Assembly: GCA_963755715.1 (NCBI GenBank)
Contig: CAVWLW010000064.1
Span: 64,001 to 128,000 of the forward strand
Direction of reading: 5' to 3'
Origin: an uncultured delta proteobacterium
GTDB lineage: Bacteria > Desulfobacterota > Binatia > UBA9968
Length of the DNA stretch: 64,000 nucleotides
Position numbers and translations under genes: made by a program. The stretch's first letter is position 1, and every line of letters starts with the position of its first letter. Below, in pieces: positions 9,098-19,280 of the stretch. The notes below the pieces were generated by a model. The model was not told the origin of the DNA. It did no database searches and saw nothing but the letters and a program-made list of their open reading frames with translations.

Positions 9098-10054
9098 TCA
9101 AATCCAATAGGCGAAGCCCATCCCGCAGCCGGTCGCCGCTGGCGAACGGTAGGTCGTCACGTATTCAAAATATTTCAGTTCTCGGTCTTCCATGGCTCCT
9201 GCCAACGCGACCCAATTGAGAATCTCCGAGGTGCCGCCGCGCAGTTTTTGGCGCGGCAACTGGAACAACACTTCCGGCTTCTTGTTCTTCAGGCCATCGA
9301 TGACCATCGCGTCGATCTCCTCGTCGATGACGACGTGGCTGAGACCGCCCGATGCTATGAGCGCCACGCGCTTGTCGCTGTTCCATGACTCGACGGCCTT
9401 GCGCACCGCCTGGCCGAAAGCGTAGCACCGCTTCGGCGTCGGCTGATTCGGCGGATAGTAGGTGTTCACCATCACCGGCACCATCGGCAATTTGCCGCCC
9501 GGCAAGATGCGCCGATAAAGAAAACTGAACGCATGGCCGACGCCGATCTCTTCGCGCAGTTTGTTGCAGCGCGTGATATCGAACTCGGCATCGACAAGCG
9601 CACGAATGAGATGATTTGCCAATTCCTGCGCCGTCTCATACTCGGGCGCCGTTTCCGCCCAGCCTTGGCGCTCGGCGTCTTTCCATCCCGACGGCCGATG
9701 CTTGTTGTCCTTGACGACGGGCAGCGACTTGCCGTGATAGATCGCGAACATCGGCATGTTCTCGTCGTGAAATTGTTCCTGTTGATCGTCGCCGAAAACA
9801 ACCGCTATGTCGGCGTTGGCCTTTTGCAGCGCATCGCCCAAGTTTTTCACCGCTTTCAGGCAAGCTTCATCGCGCTCGCGAAACCTCTCCGGCGTGAGCT
9901 CACTAGCCAATCCCGGCTTTGCCTTTTGCAGCAAGGCCGGATAGTCCAACCGCGGATCGGTCTCGTCCTTTTTTAGCAGGTGATCCCAATCCTTCGCGCG
10001 TATGCTCAACTGCGGACTGTGCGACGTGCCGATACCGATGACGACTTGTGCCAT
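9098..10054 (-). CDS. LigB-family extradiol ring-cleavage dioxygenase, DesZ (3-O-methylgallate 3,4-dioxygenase)-like
   Basis: GIGTSHSP, GDDQ, GHAFSFLYRR, VNTYYPPNQPT, ASGGLSH, GTSEILNW and YRSPAATGCGMGF align with Sphingobium DesZ as recalled. Confidence 0.85.
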   Translation of the reverse strand: MAQVVIGIGTSHSPQLSIRAKDWDHLLKKDETDPRLDYPALLQKAKPGLASELTPERFRERDEACLKAVKNLGDALQKANADIAVVFGDDQQEQFHDENMPMFAIYHGKSLPVVKDNKHRPSGWKDAERQGWAETAPEYETAQELANHLIRALVDAEFDITRCNKLREEIGVGHAFSFLYRRILPGGKLPMVPVMVNTYYPPNQPTPKRCYAFGQAVRKAVESWNSDKRVALIASGGLSHVVIDEEIDAMVIDGLKNKKPEVLFQLPRQKLRGGTSEILNWVALAGAMEDRELKYFEYVTTYRSPAATGCGMGFAYWI

Positions 10055-10201
10055 ATTAGACCCCCCTCATCTCGCTTTTGCGTGGACCATCGCGAGCAAA
10101 CGGTATGTGTGAGTGTCTATCGAGAAAAGACCAGCGGTGTCAAGTTAGGATAAGGACGAGATTTGCGACCCGATGCTGCTGTTGACACGGGCAACCTGCG
10201 C

Positions 10202-11230
10202 CTACTTCTTTTTCGGCAGCAGGATCTCTTTCAGTTGCGCCACCGTCGCCGGCTTGAGGTCGTAAAGACTCACGAGCGTCTTGGTGATCGTCGGTCCATC
10301 GACCGGGTCGATATCGAGCTGGGATTTTTTCGCCTCGGCGACGAGATCAGGATCCTTTAACGTGCGAATGAATGCTCTCTGCAAAAGCTCAAGGCGGTCT
10401 TTAGCCATTCCCGGCGGCACCGAAAAAGGAAATTGCACTACGTGAACGTTGTCCGCAACTCGTAGCAGCTCGCGCGCTTCTTCGGTCTTGGCATAGTTGA
10501 TTGCGAGGGGAATTTGTTTGTATTTGGGATCAGACTTGAGCGACGCCTGGAGAACGGGAACGATTTTTTTGCTTTCGTAGGCGCTGCGCCAGACCGTTTC
10601 CACCGTTCCCCAGGAGCCACAGTAGCCGTCGACTTCGCCCGACTCGACCGCCAGCCGCGCATCCGCTCCGCCTTTGTAACCGTCGATCACGTCCATCGGT
10701 AGATTGAGCGCGGCTTTGAGCAGCTTGGGAATATCCGACGTGCTCGTGCCCGGGCCGATGGTGGAAATTTTCTGCGGCCGCTTGGCGTTGATCCAGTCGT
10801 CCATCTTGGTAATGCCGCTCTGCTGATTGAACGTGCAAACCGTATCGTAGGGGCTGGGAATGCCGAGATAGCCGAATTTGCGACCGTCGAACTGCGCCGC
10901 TTCATTGCCCATAATATGTTGCAGCACCAACGGCGACGCCCAAGCGCCGATAGTCAAGCCGTCGGGTTTCACGCGATTGTAGAGATGATTGGCGGCGATC
11001 AGACCGCCGGCGCCCGTCATGTTTTCGACGATGCGGGTCGGATTTCCCGGCAGGTAGCGGCCGATGTAGCGCGCGATCACTCGGGCGTAAAGATCGAAGG
11101 AGCCGCCGGGCGAATAACCGACGATGATGGTGAGCGTTTTGTCCTTGTAGAAATCCTGCGCCTGCGCGAGCGGCTGGGAGCCGATGACCAGAACGACTGC
11201 CGTAAGCGCAAGCAAAAATAATTTTCTCAC
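10202..11230 (-). CDS. Tripartite tricarboxylate transporter substrate-binding protein (TctC/Bug)
   Basis: GTG start with GGAGG RBS; signal peptide; FYKDKTLTIIVGYSPGGSFD, VENMTGAGG, KPDGLT and GYKGG. Confidence 0.9.
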   Translation of the reverse strand: MRKLFLLALTAVVLVIGSQPLAQAQDFYKDKTLTIIVGYSPGGSFDLYARVIARYIGRYLPGNPTRIVENMTGAGGLIAANHLYNRVKPDGLTIGAWASPLVLQHIMGNEAAQFDGRKFGYLGIPSPYDTVCTFNQQSGITKMDDWINAKRPQKISTIGPGTSTSDIPKLLKAALNLPMDVIDGYKGGADARLAVESGEVDGYCGSWGTVETVWRSAYESKKIVPVLQASLKSDPKYKQIPLAINYAKTEEARELLRVADNVHVVQFPFSVPPGMAKDRLELLQRAFIRTLKDPDLVAEAKKSQLDIDPVDGPTITKTLVSLYDLKPATVAQLKEILLPKKK

Positions 11231-11252
11231 TGTTGTCCTTCCTCCCGATATC

Positions 11253-11855
11253 TCAACCACGACCGACGAACGGAATTGTTTTTTCTTCGGTTCGCTCCAA
11301 ATAGCGCACGAACGTATATTTGTTCTCGGCGAGATCGGTGTTGGGCCGGGAAATTTCCCGGTGCAGCAAACTTTCTTCGACTTTGCAGACGAAGAATGCC
11401 AGCTCATTTCGGGTCAGCGCACCGATCCCCTGCTTGTTAAATTCTTCGATGTCGCGAATCGTGTGCGCATTGGCGATACCCGCGCCGCGCGCCATTGCGG
11501 TCAAATCCGTATTGCCCGACGTCGCGGTTGCATAGCTGATCCGGCTGCCGCTGTAGACGCCGTTGTCAAACACGTAGATGACCAAATTCTTCGGCCGAAG
11601 GTTTCCCAGAGTCGCGAGGTTGAAGAGCGAGAGCAGCACGCTGCCATCGGAATCTAGCGCAATCACTTTGCGGTGCGGCAACGCCAAAGCCAATCCGGTC
11701 GCCACGCCGATAGCGCAGCCCATCATACCGACCAGCAGATTGCCTTCATGTTTCGACAGGTGCGACCACTCGATGCGCTGGCCGCTTTGCGAAGTGACCA
11801 CCAGCTGATCGCTCATCTTGGCGGCGAGCGATTCGAGGCATTCGTGACGTATCAT
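11253..11855 (-). CDS. ComE-like ThDP-dependent decarboxylase beta subunit (copy 1)
   Basis: ThDP motif DSDGS-x-FDNGVY; MGCAIGVATGLALA; ATGA overlap with the alpha gene. Confidence 0.85.
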   Translation of the reverse strand: MIRHECLESLAAKMSDQLVVTSQSGQRIEWSHLSKHEGNLLVGMMGCAIGVATGLALALPHRKVIALDSDGSVLLSLFNLATLGNLRPKNLVIYVFDNGVYSGSRISYATATSGNTDLTAMARGAGIANAHTIRDIEEFNKQGIGALTRNELAFFVCKVEESLLHREISRPNTDLAENKYTFVRYLERTEEKTIPFVGRG

Positions 11856-12358
11856 ACAGAGAACTCCCCGGCAAAAAGCAGCGCATAGGGTGCACGCAGC
11901 GCGTTGGCCGCCCGTACTGCGTCACTAATTTTGATCTCGAGCTTTTCACCGTCCTCGAGCACTTTATACTCGATACCCAATCCTTGCAGCACAGGAATCG
12001 TGTGGTTGCCGATGGTCGCATAGAGAAAACTGTTGCGCTGATCGGGCACACCGCCCAGGAAACCTACAACAAGAAGAACCGGCACGCCGAGCTGCTTGCC
12101 GGTCACGAGCAAGCTGTAGCTCGACACGTAGATGCCGGTATTTTCCATGTAAACGGCGGCCTGCTTGCCGCCAAGGGTCGCGCCGACGGCGATCGTCACG
12201 GCTTCCTGCTCGCTCGACACCGCGACTAATTCTATTTCCGGATCGTCGCGGATCAACGGCACGATCTGACTCAACCGAGTCTCGGGCAGATACGTGACGA
12301 AGTTAATGCCGGCACTTTTGAGACCTTGGACAAGTCGTTTAGCGAGTTCGTCTTTCAT
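11852..12358 (-). CDS. ComD-like ThDP-dependent decarboxylase alpha subunit (copy 1)
   Basis: GINFVTYLPET, VSSEQEAV (catalytic Glu) and MENTG; about 168 aa Pyr domain. Confidence 0.85.
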   Translation of the reverse strand: MKDELAKRLVQGLKSAGINFVTYLPETRLSQIVPLIRDDPEIELVAVSSEQEAVTIAVGATLGGKQAAVYMENTGIYVSSYSLLVTGKQLGVPVLLVVGFLGGVPDQRNSFLYATIGNHTIPVLQGLGIEYKVLEDGEKLEIKISDAVRAANALRAPYALLFAGEFSV

Positions 12359-12428
12359 AGAATGCAATGGAATTAGCAGTTACAAAATTCACACGCAACT
12401 GCAACCTATTATTGTCTGATTCCAAGAC

Positions 12429-12500
12429 GAGATGCTTCGGCTTCGCCTCAGCATGACACTCGTTAAATGTGTCATCCTGAACGACGAAGTGAAGGATCTC
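12429..12500. repeat. REP-like palindromic element (inverted pair)
   Basis: GAGATGCTTCGGCTTCGCCTCAGCATGACAC / GTGTCATCCTGAACGACGAAGTGAAGGATCTC form a long imperfect hairpin. Confidence 0.75.
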
Positions 12501-12523
12501 GCCCGGCTATAAGAATGCAATGC

Positions 12524-14767
12524 TCACCGTTTCGCTCTTAAACCCTTCAGCACTTTTTCCGCCGTGATCGGCAAATCATAAATCCGCACGCCGACTGCGT
12601 CGTGCACGGCGTTGGCGATCGCCGCCGCTGTGGGAACCACCGGCGGCTCGCCGATGCTCATGCCACCGTAGGGACCGTTGCCGACGGGAAATTCTTGGAT
12701 GACGGTTTTCAACTTTGGAATATCGCGAATCGAGGGGATCTTGCCGTCGCCGAAATTGCTGGTAACGACTTTGCCGCCGTCGATCATCACTTCTTCCATG
12801 AGCGCATAACCCATGCCCATCACCACGCCGCCGTCGATCTGGGCTTGATGCATCAGGGGGTTGAGAACCGTGCCGGTGCTGTGCGCGCTGGTGAATTGTT
12901 TGAGCTCAACCTGACCGGTTTCCGGGTCGACCTCGACCTCTGCAACCTGAACGCACAGTGCGGCTTCGGGCCCGGATTCAAAATTCTTGTAAAAGCCGTG
13001 ACCTTGGATCGGCGCTTCCGCCATGCGCGCAATGTCACCGTAGCTCACGCGCGCGCCCGACGCGGCGCATACGGCGCCGTCGCCACTGAGTCGCAGCGCG
13101 TCCCTGGCAAAGCCCAGTTCCTTGCTCGCAGCGTCGATCAATTGATCTTTGGCGTGCGCCGCCGCCAAGCGGGTCGCGTTGCCGAAAATACGCGTCCCGC
13201 GGCTCGCGCCGATACCGGTGTCGGGACCGACTTCGCTGGTGTCGAGGGTGGCAACGCGGACTTTCTTGAGAGGAACTTGCAGCTCTTCGGCCGCCACCAG
13301 CCGCATCGCCGTATGCGTGCCCGCACCCTGGTCGAGCATCGCCGTGGAAACCGTGACATCGCCTTCATCATCGACAGCAACCAGCGCATGGCATTCACCG
13401 CCTAACGGCAACCATTGCGCGATGCCCACGCCGCGGCCGGAATGTTTCCGTTTGGCATTTCGATAACCGGAAACGCGTACCGCTTCGTCGACGATCTCGT
13501 CGCTCTTGATGTGCGGCAGCCTGTGGCCGATGGGCGAGATATCGCCATCGCGCATCAAGTTAATTTTTCTGAACGCCACCGGATCCATTTTCAACTGGCG
13601 GGCGATGAGATCCATCTGCGATTCGTTGGCAAAGAATCCCTGCGGATCGCCCGGCGCGCGCATATGACCGCACGGAATCTTGTTGGTGTAGACGATTTTT
13701 TCTTCGATAAAGACGTTGGGAATATTATAGGGTCCTGCGGCTTCCTTAGGACCGACCAAATAACCTTGGGGTTTGAATGCACCGTAGGCGCCGCTATCGA
13801 AAACATATTTCATTTCATGCGCGACCAACCGACCGTTTTTCATGACGCCGGACTTCACCCGAACGATCGCCGCGTGGCGCGGGTTGCCGGCGAGAAACTC
13901 TTCCGCGTAATCCATCACCATTTTCACCGGATGGCCGCTTTTGAACGACAACAAATAGCAAACCGGCACGTCCATGAAATCGCCCTTGCCGCCAAAGCAG
14001 CCGCCGATATAGCAGGGATGGACGATAAAATTTTCCAATCCTTTGCTGAACGCCGTTGCCACTTGCTCGCGCAGCGCGAAGGGAACCTTGGAGCACGCCC
14101 AAATATCCGCGCCGCCAACGCCTTGCGCTTGAACGACGCAGGCATGGGGCTCGATGTAGGCCTGGTGCACAGGCTTGGTCGTAAAGATATTCTCGACGAC
14201 AATGTCCGCTTCGCGGAGTCCAGCCTCAACGTCGCCCTTTTTCCAATTCATGTGAACAAAGACGTTGCTCGGCTGGTCGATCGGATGAAGCAAGCCGCGA
14301 TAGCCCGGCACGTTTGGATGAAGCAGGACAGCCGTTGGTTCAATCGCTTCGAGCGGGTCGAGCAGCGGTTCGAGCTCCTCATACTCGACATCGATCAGTT
14401 CCAACGCCTCCTCGGCGATCACTTCGCTCTCGGCCGCCACCGCCGCCACTTTCTCGCCGATAAAGCGCACAACGCCGTCGGCAAGAATCGGCATGTCGTA
14501 AATTTTCCGCCCGATCAAAAGACCATGCACGTCTTCGCCGGTAGCAACGGCATGCACGCCAGGCAACTCTAGGGCGCGGCCGGTATCGATCCTCTTAATC
14601 CGGCCGTAAGCGATGGGACTGCGCAGGACCTTACACCAAAGCATGTCGGGCAAAACCACATCCGTTGCGTAAATCGCCCGTCCTGAAACTTTGTCCGGAC
14701 CTTCCAAGCGCGGCGTGGATATGCCGATGACTTTGCGCGGCGCGCTATGCTTACTGTTTTTCGCCAC
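12524..14767 (-). CDS. Xanthine dehydrogenase family molybdopterin-binding (large) subunit
   Basis: HQAYIEPH, GGCFGGK, HMRAPG, DQGAG, EVEVDPETGQV, QIDGG and GEPP..AAAIANAV. Confidence 0.92.
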   Translation of the reverse strand: MAKNSKHSAPRKVIGISTPRLEGPDKVSGRAIYATDVVLPDMLWCKVLRSPIAYGRIKRIDTGRALELPGVHAVATGEDVHGLLIGRKIYDMPILADGVVRFIGEKVAAVAAESEVIAEEALELIDVEYEELEPLLDPLEAIEPTAVLLHPNVPGYRGLLHPIDQPSNVFVHMNWKKGDVEAGLREADIVVENIFTTKPVHQAYIEPHACVVQAQGVGGADIWACSKVPFALREQVATAFSKGLENFIVHPCYIGGCFGGKGDFMDVPVCYLLSFKSGHPVKMVMDYAEEFLAGNPRHAAIVRVKSGVMKNGRLVAHEMKYVFDSGAYGAFKPQGYLVGPKEAAGPYNIPNVFIEEKIVYTNKIPCGHMRAPGDPQGFFANESQMDLIARQLKMDPVAFRKINLMRDGDISPIGHRLPHIKSDEIVDEAVRVSGYRNAKRKHSGRGVGIAQWLPLGGECHALVAVDDEGDVTVSTAMLDQGAGTHTAMRLVAAEELQVPLKKVRVATLDTSEVGPDTGIGASRGTRIFGNATRLAAAHAKDQLIDAASKELGFARDALRLSGDGAVCAASGARVSYGDIARMAEAPIQGHGFYKNFESGPEAALCVQVAEVEVDPETGQVELKQFTSAHSTGTVLNPLMHQAQIDGGVVMGMGYALMEEVMIDGGKVVTSNFGDGKIPSIRDIPKLKTVIQEFPVGNGPYGGMSIGEPPVVPTAAAIANAVHDAVGVRIYDLPITAEKVLKGLRAKR

Positions 14768-14785
14768 TTCGCCGGTTCCTGTTTA

Positions 14786-15535
14786 TCACCTGCCGGCAGC
14801 ATCAAACGCGGCGCGTAAACAAACTCCATGCAAATCGACGGCGGCCAAACCGCAATATTCCAGGGTGTAGCCGGGCCGCACTTGCGCCATGCCGTCTTCT
14901 AAAAGCGTTTTAAGAACCAGGCGCCGGAAACTCCCATGGCCCATCACGCCGTCATGTTCTTTGAGATCCGCCTCTTCGTGGGTAGAAAAATAAACGGCCT
15001 GTTCCCGGCTGAGCCCATAGTGCGTCGTCAGCGCTTTAAAAAAGTCCGCCGACCAATACCCCGTCTGTTCTTCCGTCGCTCCGGCGGCGTAAAACTCCGC
15101 TATGGTTCCTTCCCATAAAAGCGATCGCTTGAAATCGAGTTTAGCGCGAAACTCGGCCAACATGGGCGCGAGAAAGATTTCATCCTCGGTAATGCCCAAA
15201 GCTTTGGCAGTCTCCACCACCACGTGCACGTGTCCTGGTGGCTTGGGGTGAATCAACTCATCGGCGAGCTTTTCCGCCATCCGCGCCATCAGATCGCGAT
15301 GCTTGCGGAAAAAAGAAATATGCTTATGGTACGAAGCCGCCTCCACCGTATTGATTTCAATCGTGTAAGAGCCCCAGTTTTTGAAAAACGTCGTGAGCGC
15401 CTCGCGCGGCAGTGTTCCGGCTCTTAGCTGCTGCATGAATGGCGAATCGGTGACTCGCGCGCGCCAACGGGCGGCCACCTTTCGGTAGTGTTCATTGACA
15501 AATTCGCCGGCATCTTTTGTATTCATTACAGACAT
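14786..15535 (-). CDS. Heme-oxygenase-like di-metal protein (TenA/PqqC/CADD family)
   Basis: SPFMQQLRAGTL N-terminus; ligands DE..PPGH, ATE, YFSTHEEAD..GH. Confidence 0.75.
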   Translation of the reverse strand: MSVMNTKDAGEFVNEHYRKVAARWRARVTDSPFMQQLRAGTLPREALTTFFKNWGSYTIEINTVEAASYHKHISFFRKHRDLMARMAEKLADELIHPKPPGHVHVVVETAKALGITEDEIFLAPMLAEFRAKLDFKRSLLWEGTIAEFYAAGATEEQTGYWSADFFKALTTHYGLSREQAVYFSTHEEADLKEHDGVMGHGSFRRLVLKTLLEDGMAQVRPGYTLEYCGLAAVDLHGVCLRAAFDAAGR

Positions 15536-15566
15536 CGCTTCCTTTCCTTTGCGATATATTTTCGGC

Positions 15567-16166
15567 TCACCCGCGGCCGCGAAAGATTGGCCGGCCTTCG
15601 GTGCGTTCCAGATATCGGACGAACTGATATTTGTTTTCGAGAGGATCCAAATCGGTCCGCGTGATTTCGCGGTGGGCGACGCTCTCATCAATCTTGCAAA
15701 CAATAAACTTGAGCTGCGTACCGTTTAGCGCCGTTTCCATTTCCTGCTCAAAGGTCGCGAGATCGCGCACGGTCGTTGCCTGTTCGATGCCCGCGCCGCG
15801 CGCCATCATCGTGAGATCGGTTTTGCCCGCGGTGGCGGTCGGCTCGCTGATGCGCGTGCCGCTGTAAACTTGGTTGTCGAAGACAAAGACGATCAGATTC
15901 TTCGGATCGAGATTGGCGAGTGTGGCCAGATTGAATAAAGATAACAGCACGCTGCCGTCCGATTCCAAGACGATAACTTTACGCTGAGGCAAGCCGATGG
16001 CGAGGCCGATGCCGACGCCGAGCGCTGTGCCCATGGTGCCGACCAATAGATTGCCCGGGTGCTGCGACAGACTCGCCCACTCAATCTTCTGCCCGCTGAG
16101 CGAAGTCACGACCAGCTGGTCGGTAATGCGCGGCTCGAGCAGCTTCAAGCAATCGAAGCGAATCAT
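15567..16166 (-). CDS. ComE-like ThDP decarboxylase beta subunit (copy 2)
   Basis: ESDGSVLLSLFNL..FDNQVYSG; paralog of 11253..11855. Confidence 0.85.
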   Translation of the reverse strand: MIRFDCLKLLEPRITDQLVVTSLSGQKIEWASLSQHPGNLLVGTMGTALGVGIGLAIGLPQRKVIVLESDGSVLLSLFNLATLANLDPKNLIVFVFDNQVYSGTRISEPTATAGKTDLTMMARGAGIEQATTVRDLATFEQEMETALNGTQLKFIVCKIDESVAHREITRTDLDPLENKYQFVRYLERTEGRPIFRGRG

Positions 16167-16669
16167 CGGGTGAAATCTCCGCTAAAAAGCAGCGCGACGG
16201 GCAGCTTGAGGGCATGCATCTGGCGCACCGCGTCCTGGATATCGGCTTCGAGGCGTTCGCCGTCTTCGAGAACCTGAAACTGAATTTGCAGCGCTTGTAG
16301 CAGCGGCTCCACATAAGTGCCGGAGACCGCGTAGACCGAATTGTTCCGCTGATCGGCCATGCTGCCGAGGTAACCGACGATCAGCAGCAACGGCACTCCG
16401 TAGCGCCGCGCGATCGACACCAAGGTGTAACAGGAAACGTAGAGGCCGGTGCATTCGATGTAAATCGCCACTTGCTTGCCGGTTAACGCTGCACCCGCAC
16501 CGATCGTAACCGCTTCTGATTCGCTGGCGACGGGTACAAGAGTAAATGCCGGGTCGTCGCGCAACAGCGGCAAGATTTGACTGAGCCGAGTCTCCGGTAA
16601 GTAAGTAACCAGGTCGATCCCCGCTCGCTTCAGGCCGGCGACCAATTTTTGCGCCAATTCTGCTTTCAA
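16163..16669 (-). CDS. ComD-like ThDP decarboxylase alpha subunit (copy 2)
   Basis: GIDLVTYLPETRLSQ and VASESEAV; TTG start chosen by alignment to paralogs. Confidence 0.85.
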   Translation of the reverse strand: MKAELAQKLVAGLKRAGIDLVTYLPETRLSQILPLLRDDPAFTLVPVASESEAVTIGAGAALTGKQVAIYIECTGLYVSCYTLVSIARRYGVPLLLIVGYLGSMADQRNNSVYAVSGTYVEPLLQALQIQFQVLEDGERLEADIQDAVRQMHALKLPVALLFSGDFTR

Positions 16670-16720
16670 CAATATCACCCAGTCGATGAAACTATCCGAC
16701 ACGTCGATGCAACGTGAGCG

Positions 16721-17725
16721 TCATTTTATACCCAACTCCCGATTCACTTCGCGCTGCAAGGAGAAATCAAAAATCTTTGCTGCAGCAACCGGTTCTTTCA
16801 ATTTAAGCAACTCGGCATCGGCTTTAAGAAACTCTTCGATCTCCTTAGGCGAAGGAATTCCATCCGCAGTGAAAGCGGGTTTGGCCAACCGATAAGACTC
16901 GCGAGCGACGGCAATGTCGACGTTCTGAAATTTCGCCAGGACTTCGCTCGTGCCCCGTTCGTTTTCCCAGAAATAACGGTTTGCCTTCGCCCGCGCGCGC
17001 AGAATCCGCTTCAACAGCTCTTTGTTCTCGCGCAGAAATTTCTCCGTCACGGCGGTGCCGTTCTGAAGGTTCGAGAGATCTTCCATGGCCGACCCGAGAA
17101 TGTTCATATGAAATTTATCCCGCGCCAAGATCACCGTCGGCGGAGAAAGGGCGGCCACGTCGATAACTCCGCCAATCAGGCTCTGTAGCTGCGCCGGAAC
17201 ATCTCCGCCCACCACCACCGTCAGATCCTTATCCGGGTCGACGCCGCCTTTGCGGATCAGACGGGTTGCGGCCGTATGCTGCGAACCGCCGAACGTCGTC
17301 GTGCCCAGGATCTTGCCCTTCAGCTGGGAGATCGAGGTTATTTCCTTTCGGGCGACGAGCCAAAACAGGTTTCTTTTGAGACTTACAGTGAGAATCTTGA
17401 GGGGAATTTCACTTCGCTCCAACGCGCGAATGACGGTTCCGACGCCATTCGTGGCCTGCACCTGGCCGCTCAGCGCCGCCGCCACCGCGACATTGCCGCG
17501 GATTTGCACGATATCCACGTCGAGGCCTTCATCGCGAAAGAAGCCTCGCTCCTTGGCGACGTAAAGATCGATGGCGGCGATGCTCCGGCTGGGAATCGAA
17601 AAGATGATCTTTTCATGGCGCGCCTGCGCCCACAGCGCCGGCGTCGAAGCGCAGACAAGAACGATCGCCAGAAGGAAGCGCTGCGTAAGAGTTTGCCCTG
17701 GACTGCTAAATCGCGTGACCATCAA
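16721..17725 (-). CDS. NMT1/THI5-like ABC substrate-binding protein
   Basis: Signal peptide; GFFRDEGLDV, LKGKILG and FDFSL. Confidence 0.9.
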   Translation of the reverse strand: MMVTRFSSPGQTLTQRFLLAIVLVCASTPALWAQARHEKIIFSIPSRSIAAIDLYVAKERGFFRDEGLDVDIVQIRGNVAVAAALSGQVQATNGVGTVIRALERSEIPLKILTVSLKRNLFWLVARKEITSISQLKGKILGTTTFGGSQHTAATRLIRKGGVDPDKDLTVVVGGDVPAQLQSLIGGVIDVAALSPPTVILARDKFHMNILGSAMEDLSNLQNGTAVTEKFLRENKELLKRILRARAKANRYFWENERGTSEVLAKFQNVDIAVARESYRLAKPAFTADGIPSPKEIEEFLKADAELLKLKEPVAAAKIFDFSLQREVNRELGIK

Positions 17726-18697
17726 CTCGGCGACTCCCCCATTTCCTTGAGCAGTTCACGGACCAAACTGAAATCGAAGATATCGTCCACTGCGACATTT
17801 TTCTTCGACTCGACGTTCAAGCGCGTGCTCTCGATGACGTTTTCCAGGGTCGCCTTCGACACCAAAAGATTGCGGCTGTAATTTTTCGCGTTGTCGTTGT
17901 AGGCGTCTTCCGCCACTTCGGGTTTGGTTCTGCCCCAATCCGAGAGGATTTTTACCGCGCCTTTCGGATTGTTGATGATATATCGATTGGCTCGGAGCAG
18001 CGCCCGCACGATTTTTTTGACTTCGTCTCGATTGTTCTTGAGTTTCTGCTCGGTGACGCCGATGCCGTTCACCGGGAACGGGAACAAGTCTCGGATTCTT
18101 AGCAGAGTCTTGAAACCCGACGCTTCGGCTCGGAGATTGCCCGGCGGAGTGACGAAAGCCGCCTGCACCACCCCGGCTTGCAGCTGCGCGATCCGCGCCG
18201 AGCTGCTTCCGGCGGCGACGTACTGAACTTCGCTGCGCGGATCAAGATTGAAATGTGCCGCCGTCAGTCGGGCGAGGATATCCACCAAGGAACCAAACGA
18301 GCTGATGGCGATTTTCTTATTTTTCAGGTCGCTGAATTTCTGAATGCTCGAATGCGCCACGACGACGTGGTTGGGCCGCTCGATCAATATCCCGGCGATC
18401 TTGAGAGGAAGACCGCGCAGATTCGCTGTGACCACCGATTGCAGGATCAAATTATAATCCACGTTGCCTGCGGCTAATGCCGCTACCGAAACGTTGGCGT
18501 TCATCTGCAAGACCTCGACGTCCAACCCCTCGTCTTTAAAATAGCCTTGAAACTTGGCGACGCCGCCGCTTAGAAAAGACATATCGGGATTGGAAACCGC
18601 GATATAGAGGGTCTTCGCTTCTGCTCCTTGAAACGCGAAACTCAGAAGAGCGGCGGCGATCAGCAGACCGCTTAAGATACACCTGCGGAGCTTTCAT
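17722..18697 (-). CDS. NMT1/THI5-like ABC substrate-binding protein (+1 frameshift right after start)
   Basis: Removing one A from ATGAAAG at 18692-18694 restores signal peptide MKLRRCILSGLLIAAALLSFAFQGAEA in frame with GYFKDEGLDV. Confidence 0.8.
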
Positions 18698-18729
18698 GTT
18701 GCCGACCTCATTTTCTATTGGTGTGGAAA

Positions 18730-19236
18730 CTATTCAGTGAACTCTCCCGTGAACAACAATGCCACGGGCAGTTTCAAGGCGTGCATCATTCTCACGGCGT
18801 CTTTAATCTGCGCTTCGAGTTGGCCCGCAGAATCGACGATCAAATATTGAATGCCGAGAGTCTCGAGAATCCCTTTCGTCTTGTTGCCGTAATGAGAAAA
18901 CAAGTAGGAGTTGCGTTGATCCTCGAAGCTCCCCACATAGGCGATCAGCAAAAGCATCGGCACGCCGTAACGCTCGCCGATCGTCAGTAGGTTGTACGTC
19001 GATACAAACAGGCCGGTGCCCTCCATATAAACAGCGGCGCCTTTGCCGCCCAGCGAGGCGCCGGCGGCGATACCGACAGCCTCCGCCTCACTCGCTACCG
19101 GCACCAGTGTAAAAGACTCGTCCGCTTTCATCAGCGGAAGGATCTCGCTCAACCTCGTCTCGGGAATATAACTGACAAAGTTGATGCCTGCCGCTTTAAG
19201 TCCAGCGACGGTTCTGTTGGCGAGGTCAGGTTTCAT
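18730..19236 (-). CDS. ComD-like ThDP decarboxylase alpha subunit (copy 3)
   Basis: GINFVSYIPETRLSE, VASEAEAV and DQRNS. Confidence 0.85.
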   Translation of the reverse strand: MKPDLANRTVAGLKAAGINFVSYIPETRLSEILPLMKADESFTLVPVASEAEAVGIAAGASLGGKGAAVYMEGTGLFVSTYNLLTIGERYGVPMLLLIAYVGSFEDQRNSYLFSHYGNKTKGILETLGIQYLIVDSAGQLEAQIKDAVRMMHALKLPVALLFTGEFTE

Positions 19237-19280
19237 AAAGACTAGCGCTATTCAGATTTCGAGCAGTGCACCAGCGATCC

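Noticed and set aside
12524-14767. Aerobic CO dehydrogenase CoxL
   Set aside because: Active-site loop is HMRAPG, not AYxCSFR (form I) or AYRGAGR (form II); no coxM/S
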